Below, piece by piece: positions 56,610 through 64,000 of a DNA stretch of 64,000 nt. Made by a program: the position numbers and the translations under genes. This stretch comes from Cycas panzhihuaensis (taxonomy: Eukaryota > Plantae > Cycadophyta), in the NCBI GenBank assembly GCA_023213395.1, contig CM041465.1, forward strand, positions 196,237,741 through 196,301,740, read 5' to 3'. The notes under the pieces are model-generated. The model searched no databases. It was not told where the DNA came from and saw only the letters and a list, made by a program, of their open reading frames with translations. Each line of letters opens with the position of its first letter. Positions within the stretch are counted from its first letter, which is position 1.

Positions 56610-59383
56610 TGTTGGGGTTAATGTTCATCACCCCACTCCTACCATTTACACATGTGAGTGCATACATGTGAAGGTAAATAAGGTAAGGTTAAGTGTTACC
56701 TTAGTTAAGCATTATTTAATGTATTTTAAATTTTAGAGGTTGAGGAGGTTTCCCTCCTTCATCAAACTATATCTTTATTGGGGTGATAAATCCTAGTATC
56801 TTTTGACATCACCTCCTATTTAGAAATTTGTACATACTCTTAAACATGGATTGAATGTAATATTTAGTTATGCTCATACAATACAATATATTGATCATTT
56901 TGCTTTCTACTTTGCTCTGTCTCCATGTTTTAAATCCTTCATTTGGTATCAGAGCATCTTGTTTCAAATCCTTTAAATTTTGTGAGCTTCACTGTGGACT
57001 GGTCATTTTCTAGATTTGGAGCCGTTTTGATTAGTTTTTAATAGTTTAAAGTTACCTCATTTTTTTAGCTTCTAGTTTATTAATCATATAGAGGTTACTT
57101 CACTATTTTTACTATAACTTTCTCATTTAATATTTGTTTTCTGAAACATTAGCTTTGTTGGAAAGTTGATTCAACTCTCTTTGTGCTGATATAGTCTTTT
57201 AAGTGATTTGAAGTCTTTTTATAGATATTATAGGTTGGTAACATTAAGGTACCGAATCAAGCCTAATTATTTATTATTCAATATTTTCTAAAGTATTTTT
57301 CTTTAAGGTTTTTTGGAATAAGTCACATTAAAGGTCTTCAATTTGTAAGTAAGGATTTTTATATTTTTTATGAGGTTATAATCTATTTTTATAATATTTT
57401 AGTCTTGTAGCTCTTATTCAAGCCCTAAAAAGGATCTTTGCACATTTTTTTAAAAATCTTAAGTTATATGAATTAGTTTCTGAATGGTTAAATCCGTCAG
57501 AAAGCATATTTAATATTCTTTAGTTTGAAATAAGTTTCACTTAATTCTAACTTCATTTGGTAGGTGTTTAAAGCTAGTTACTTTTAGCTTCTTATTCAGT
57601 CCTTATAGGCATTATCCTATAACATTTCAAGCATTATATTATCTTAAAAGATTATATCTACTTTATTGATTACTAACAGTTTATGCTTGAAGTTTTTACT
57701 ATTCTTTGTTTATATTTTCAAGTCATTTTTTACAGCAAAAAGCTAGTTTTTCGGTACTTTAAGCTAATTGGAGCTACTACATCAAACAGGTATATTTTAT
57801 CTTCTATTTGCTTATTTTCTATATTTCTTGGAATAAACTTATTATTTTTTAAATATTTCTATCATCTAAAGCAAAGATTACACTTTAGACTTTTAAGTTT
57901 TTTTTACTACATTCAAAGGATCTACTACCTTTAAAGGGATAGTTAATTATTTTTTATAATCAAGCATTTTACATTAATAAAGGTCATTCATTTTTTGCTT
58001 TAGCTACTCCTTATTATTGATTATCTATCATTTTATTATTAAATATAATTATATTTCAAATGTACATTGTTAAAACCTAAAAGAAACATATATATTCTTA
58101 CTTTTATAAAAGTATTAATTAATCTAGTTCTATACAAATGAAAACTTTATCTCAAAAGATATGCATTTGATTGCATTACTCACCTACCTTGATTAAGGGA
58201 TTTATATGTATTGAAAAACACTTATTGTCCACTTTATGTTATTCACACATTAAAGGTCTTCATTTACTTATTTGAGCTCACAAACTAAATGCATTACAAA
58301 TGGAATTTTATTTGGATGACGTGCTAATTCCCACACTTGATGGGACTAATTTTCATGTATAGAAAAGATTATTGAAAACATTTCTTATTGCAAAAGATAT
58401 TTAAAAATTTATTGCACATGACTACCTAAAGGAAGAAGAAAATTTTAAAGAAAACCTAAGAAAAGATAATGAAATCATAGCTTTAATGTTTAGTATAATA
58501 AACAATGATATATTCGTTAATGTTAGTCAACTATCTACATCAAAATCCATTTGAGATATATTATAATCTATTTATGGGGCCAAAACCTACAATGTAAATG
58601 AATTTAACTATGATGATGTTATACATATGAGACAGATGTCAGAGCAAGTTTTTTATATTGAAAAGACTAATGAAGAAGACTTAAATCAAATTAATGATCA
58701 CATTTATGCATATAAAGATGATAATTCATTTGAGGGAGAGAAACCCTTTGACATGATCACTACTCATAAAATAAAGATTCCAGAACATAAATTCAAAGAT
58801 GCAGCCACTCATTCCCATTTGAAGTAAGTCACACTTAGAAATCATTTGAACTAAACCATGTTGAAAATAACCACTATACAAGGACAAAGATGCATGAAGA
58901 TGAAGACAAAACAAAAGGACATTTGGTCAAGTACTCACTCAAAGTCTACCTCAAATATATATACCATAAGTTCAAGGAAAACTGAAGATGTTCATGATGA
59001 CCATTAAAGGGGAGAATGTTGGGGTTAATGTTCATCACCCTACTCCCACCATTTACATATGTGAGTACACACATATGAAGGTAAGTAAGGTAAGGTTAAG
59101 TGTTACCTTAGTTAAGCATTATTTTAATGTATTTTAAATTTTGGAGGTTGAGGAGGTTTCCCTCCTCCCTCAAACTATATCTTTATTGGGGTGACAAACC
59201 CTCGTGTCTTTTGACACCACCTCCTATTTAAAAATTTGTACATGCTCTCAAACATGGATTGAATGTAATATTTAGTTATGCTCATACTATACAATGGATT
59301 GATCATTTTACTTTCTGGTTTGCTCTATCTTTATGTTTCAAATCCTTTATTTAGTATCAAAGCATCTTGTTTCAAATCCTTCA
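56610..59383 (+). mobile_element. Non-autonomous copia-derived gag-only element (TR-GAG type)
   Basis: Direct repeats 56610-56975 and 59017-59383; TSD AATGT/AATGC; PPT taaaggggagaa at 59005-59016; PBS 56944-56955. Removing the element restores the gypsy integrase frame. Confidence 0.93.
58300..58827 (+). pseudogene. Short copia gag N-terminal ORF with 4 in-frame stops
   Basis: MEFYLDDVLIPTLDGTNFHV*KRLLKTFLIAKDI*KFI...STSKSI*DIL*SIYG; in frame with ORF 58627-58827. Stops fall at expected W/W/W/Q positions. Confidence 0.85.
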
Positions 59384-62300
59384 AATGCTAATTGCCCTAT
59401 CACAAAGTCTATGTTAATGATTTTTCATTTTTGTTATGGGATGGGTAATAATTATAATAGTTATAGGGGAGATACATTTTCATATTTATTTATTTAACAA
59501 AATGGACATTCTACCATATATTTTTAAATACCATTCTTTATGCCTTTTTAAAAGAATAACTATCCATGTTTGAGATAAGTTTTAAAAAATCTAAGTCATC
59601 ATTAATGCTACATGATATTCTATCATGATTTACACTTTAAGTTTAGAGCCCAAGTTTAAGAAGATTCTTCCCTTGTATAAAATGAGGTCATTTTTCCATT
59701 CATAGTTGTTATGAGATCCTTATTGAATTCATAAAATTAACTATTAGGTTTTGGTATTCTTTTTATATTTGGCCTAAAAATTAGTTATCTAAATAGGGTT
59801 AAACATAGTAATATTATGTAGTTAAGAGTCTCTTCTCATTCTTTTAGAAAGGCTACATCCACCATGATATTTAACTTGCCCTTTTTGTAGGAAATCTCGA
59901 AGTCATAAGCTTGTATTTTATTAACCAATTTTTGTTATTCTAGTGATAAATCCTTTTATTTTAAAAGGTAATTAAGACCATTATAATCTACTTTAGCTAT
60001 AAATTTACTTCTTAGGAGATACTATCATAATTTGTGTAAAGAATATATTATTGCTAGCACTTCTTTATTATATGTTGATTAGAGTTACTCTCTTTTATTA
60101 AGTTTTCTACTTTTAAAGGCTATATGTCTCTCTTCTTATATAAACATAGCCCTAATACTCATTCTTAAGGTATCACACTAAAGAATAAAAGGTTTTTAAA
60201 AATATAGAGATGTTACTATAGGTATAGTCCCCATTATTTCCTTTAGTTATTGGAAATATTCTTCAACTTTTGTGCTCCATTAGAAGGAATACTTCTTCAG
60301 GAGGTCTGTAAGAATTTTGTTATGTATAGTTCCTTATAAAACATCAATACTATCTTATAAGCCCTAGAAATCCTCTTAGTCTAGGGATAGTCTTGGGTGT
60401 GGGTAATTTAAGGATTACTTTAATCTTTTTAAGGTCCACCTTAGATCCTTCACTAGAGGTGATATATCTAAGGTACTTGATCTCTTTCTTAGCAAAACAC
60501 TTAAGAGTATTTTGCAAATAAAGAATTTTCTCATAGTATGTTTAGAACCTTGTCTATATGGGTGATATGTTCTTTCTAGAATTAACTATATTGGAAAATA
60601 AGTGTAAACTTTCATAAAAATACTACTAAAACCCTATTTATTATTTCTTAGAATGTAACCATAGTATTAGTGAGATCAAAACACATTACCTTAAGCTAGT
60701 GATGGCCTTGATAAGTAAAAAATATCATCTTTGGTATGTCTTCTTCCTTGATTCTAATCAGGTGACATCTTGCATGAAGGTCAAATTTTATGAAATATTT
60801 TACTCTGTGGAGCTCATCTAGTAGTTTATCAATCATTGGGATTAGAAATCAATTTTTTATAGTGGCTTTGTAAAGGGAATATCAATTGATACATATAGGT
60901 AATGACCCATTTTCCTTCCTAATCAAAATGAATGATACTATAAATAGGATTTTACTTGGTACTATTGCCACATAGTTTAGTAAGTCTTGTATTATTTTTT
61001 CTATCTTGTTCTTATAATATTATGGATGCTTATAGGTTTTAATTACTATATGATTTTTACTATGTTATAACTTTATTATGTATTATATTCTAAATTAGGG
61101 GATAATCCTATAAGAAGATCTTGAAAGAACATCTTCTATTTATTTATTATTTCTTATACTTATCATTCATCCTCGATTTCCTTTACTTCTATTTATAGGG
61201 AAAGCAACTGAGCTACCATACTGGTGTGTCCTTTTCAAATAAAGTTTTCCATTTGGTATAATGACACTATTTTTGTTTCTCTTAAATGCTGCCCTTATAA
61301 TGTGATTTATTTTCCCCCTTGGTTATATTGTAAGAAGAGCTTATTTAGGTTCACTTTAATAGTTCCAAGTGTTCTCAATCACTAGCATACTAGCACTATA
61401 TCTCCTTTGTCTATATATATTCCATAGAAATTCTCATTCAATGTTGTGTCTCTATTTTGTATCTTAAAGTTTTTTAGCTTACTTTATATAGATGTTTCTA
61501 AACTCTCACCAATACAAACTTAGAACTTAGGTATCCTAGTTGGAAATAACTTTAACTATTAGGTTGTAAAGCAATCCATAAAATTATGTTTGCTACTAGG
61601 ATCAACTAAGATAGTTACTACTTTCCTCTTGATGTATCCTCATAATTTAAATGTATTAGGCCTTGTCAACCTAGACATGGTTGAGAAGGATATTTGAAGA
61701 TCATCTTCTTCTATGTTGAGGGTTTCTTGTAAGGGTTTGAATCCAATGCCATCATCCTTTATATCCTCTACTTATTCTAATTCTATCATATATAGTTAAT
61801 TTCTAGTATATTTATATACCAAACCCCACTTCCCCCTATATCTAAAACATAATCCCTTCCTTCTAAGTTCCCCTTATTTTATCTTAGATAATTGTAATAT
61901 ATGTCTCATAAAGCTGATGTCCCTAACTATCTATATATTAGGTCCCCTGCTATCCTAACTTCTTCTTTTACTTTCTCATAAGAATTAAGGAATATAGATG
62001 CTTTGCCTGGAGTTGCATAGGAAATTAATTTTCCTTTCAAAATTGTAAGCCAAACTCATAATTATGTTTAGGTTTTTAGGGTGATAATTTAGACATCTAC
62101 TTATATGTCTATAGAGAGGCCATCTATGTATAATCAAGTATGTTACTCTATGAGAATATTTCCCACTACATATACTAACCTAGAGGAATCCTTATTATAC
62201 TTTGTAACCATTCCTACTTTCCTTAGTTTTGTTAGCTCATAATAGTACTCAATGTTTGTTATGGTCTCAAACCACTCTATAAATAACTTGATAAATTTAT

Positions 62301-63379
62301 TCTAAGGAGGAGTTTAGTTCATAAATCTTATTTTGTTCAAGTTTTGTCATCACTCACAAGTGATGTTATCCAAGTGCAAGGTGGCAAATGGGACATTTTC
62401 ACTATCTTTGATTTTTAGTAGTCGAAAGTATTATTCCATTTATTGAATCCAAACTTTGGGTTCAAGGGAACCTTGTTCCTTATTTAAGCATTACATAGGT
62501 AACTTCTCATTTTTTTTCTTGTGTTCTTGGAGGGTTTATAAGCATTAGAAGTTAGGGCTAAAATAACTATTTTTTGGTCTTCTAATGAAAAACATTTGTA
62601 ATATTTTAGCTATCTAGTCATTAGTTTATTCAAGTCTATTGAGAGATGTGGAGTTTTATTTATGTTTTTAGAATGGGGTGGTTGTGTTCTTTTAGTGCTA
62701 TTTATTATTCTTAGGCAATATTATTTCCAAGAACTCTCCTCAACATCCCCTATAAATTTTAGGTTATATGATTTAATTCTAGATTCTAATTCATCTCCTT
62801 ATCATACATTCCTAGTGTTATGTAATCGAAAGAGGTCCATCATCAATCATAATTGTGTTAATATCTCCTATAGTGAATCATTCAACTTTATGCTTTGAAT
62901 GGTATATAGAACTATTTTAAAAATAGCTCCTCTCATGTTGTTATCAAACAATATAATTTTTTATACTTGTTCTACATCATATGCAACTCTCTCTATTTTG
63001 AAGACTATATCCTAAATTGTAGTGCTAAATGACCTTAAGGTAGTTGTAAATGATTTACATAAATTAGAAAGGATCCTTATATGGGTTTCTAATTTTCTAA
63101 GTTATATAGTCTAAGGGATGTAATTTTTTATTATAGAGTGTGGATTTGAAATTGGTTAGAGAATTTGGGCTTTGAATTTAATTGGTTTATCTCCACTTGA
63201 CCAAGGCACACATTATAACCAGCATTTTGTTGTTGTATATTAACTTTGTTCATTCTATATCCTTTAATTTTTGGATTTCAAAGGTTATGGGATGATCTAA
63301 CATTATTATTACTATTAATATTATACTAGATGCATCATACTCTAAAATAAAAGGTTTACTAAAGTTGGAGATAGTTAGT

Positions 63380-64000
63380 ACTAATATAATTCTTAAATAA
63401 GAGTTTAGTTCCTCAAAGTTAATTTGCACTTCCTATCTCTAATGGAATAAATCTATCTCTAATATGTTTGTTAATGAAGTTATAATTTGAGCATACCCTT
63501 TAACAAACCTTCTATAATAACTAGAAAGCCTAAAAAATGGCCTTAATTTAGCGAAATTCATCAAGATTAGCCAATTAATTATGGGCTAGACTTTTGAGGG
63601 GTTCACCTCCACATCCTCTACATAAATGATGTGGCATAGATACTTAATCTTAAATTTTCCAAAATAATATATTAATTACTTTTTATAGAAGTGTTTATCT
63701 TGTAGATAACTAAAATTTCATCCATATATAATAGATGACAATTCTAGTCTCTAATATAGTCTAGGATGCTATTAAAAAAGCCTAATAAAAATTTCCTTAA
63801 GAATACAACTAATAGTCTATTTATTATTTCTTAGAATATGGCTCAAGAATTGTTGAGGCCAAAAGGTATATCTCTAGATTTATAGTGCCATTCATGAGTT
63901 CTTAAAGCAATCTTTCTCATATATCTTCAACTTGAATCCTAATATACCAATAATTGGATTACAAATCTAATTTAGAGAAATACTTTTCCCTTGTAAGTTC
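63380..64000 (-). mobile_element. Ty3/gypsy RT fragment (another copy), continues beyond window
   Basis: Minus strand reads approximately EKIALRTHEWHYKSRDIPFGL and IKYLCHIIYVEDVEVNP, matching [20 protein letters not shown] and VEYLGHIISAEGVAVDP. Confidence 0.8.

Larger units (their letters stand above)
55450..63100 (-). mobile_element. Degenerate Ty3/gypsy chromovirus-type element, interrupted by 56610-59383
   Basis: Minus strand: gag with GLCFR..KW knuckle (~61810-61870), PR VTILVDPSSKHNF (~61580-61620), RT (~60300-61050, FLIPMIDKLLDELH), RH (KKGKLNIMVDVAFL ~59850), IN (DFVIG..IVDRLTK across the insertion), chromodomain EYLVKWYQLPIEDAI*EE (~55640-55700). Order gag-PR-RT-RH-IN-CHD. LTRs not confidently located. 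Confidence 0.85.

Overview
Very AT-rich, gene-free eukaryotic heterochromatin, almost certainly from a large plant genome. It consists of nested and stacked LTR retrotransposons. There are five Ty1/copia elements with pol: 1-6742(-), 18961-26540(-), ~29050-33480(+), 36306-42375(-) and ~50200-54173(+). The 18961-26540 copy is very young, with 298-bp LTRs that differ at one site I can see and TSD AAAGG. There are three TSD-flanked non-autonomous or deleted LTR elements: 13698-16364, 43311-46075 and 56610-59383 (TR-GAG type). Also present are two LTR+PBS remnants, a chromodomain-bearing Ty3/gypsy with further gypsy fragments, a ~190-bp tandem repeat and several long microsatellites. I found no host gene, RNA gene or CRISPR. 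Old copies show massive C>T/G>A decay, including in non-CG contexts. The most unusual signals centre on the tRNA-iMet primer-binding site (PBS): (i) a one-LTR TRIM cassette sits between two copies of a copia PBS; (ii) there are ~30-bp tandem PBS/LTR-end arrays; (iii) one element has its PBS inside both LTRs, with the TSD lying beyond it. Other notable items are a covarying structured-RNA island (possible pseudoknot) in a copia 5' UTR and an element carrying an inverted internal LTR. All alignments and translations were done by eye, so boundaries of old elements are approximate.
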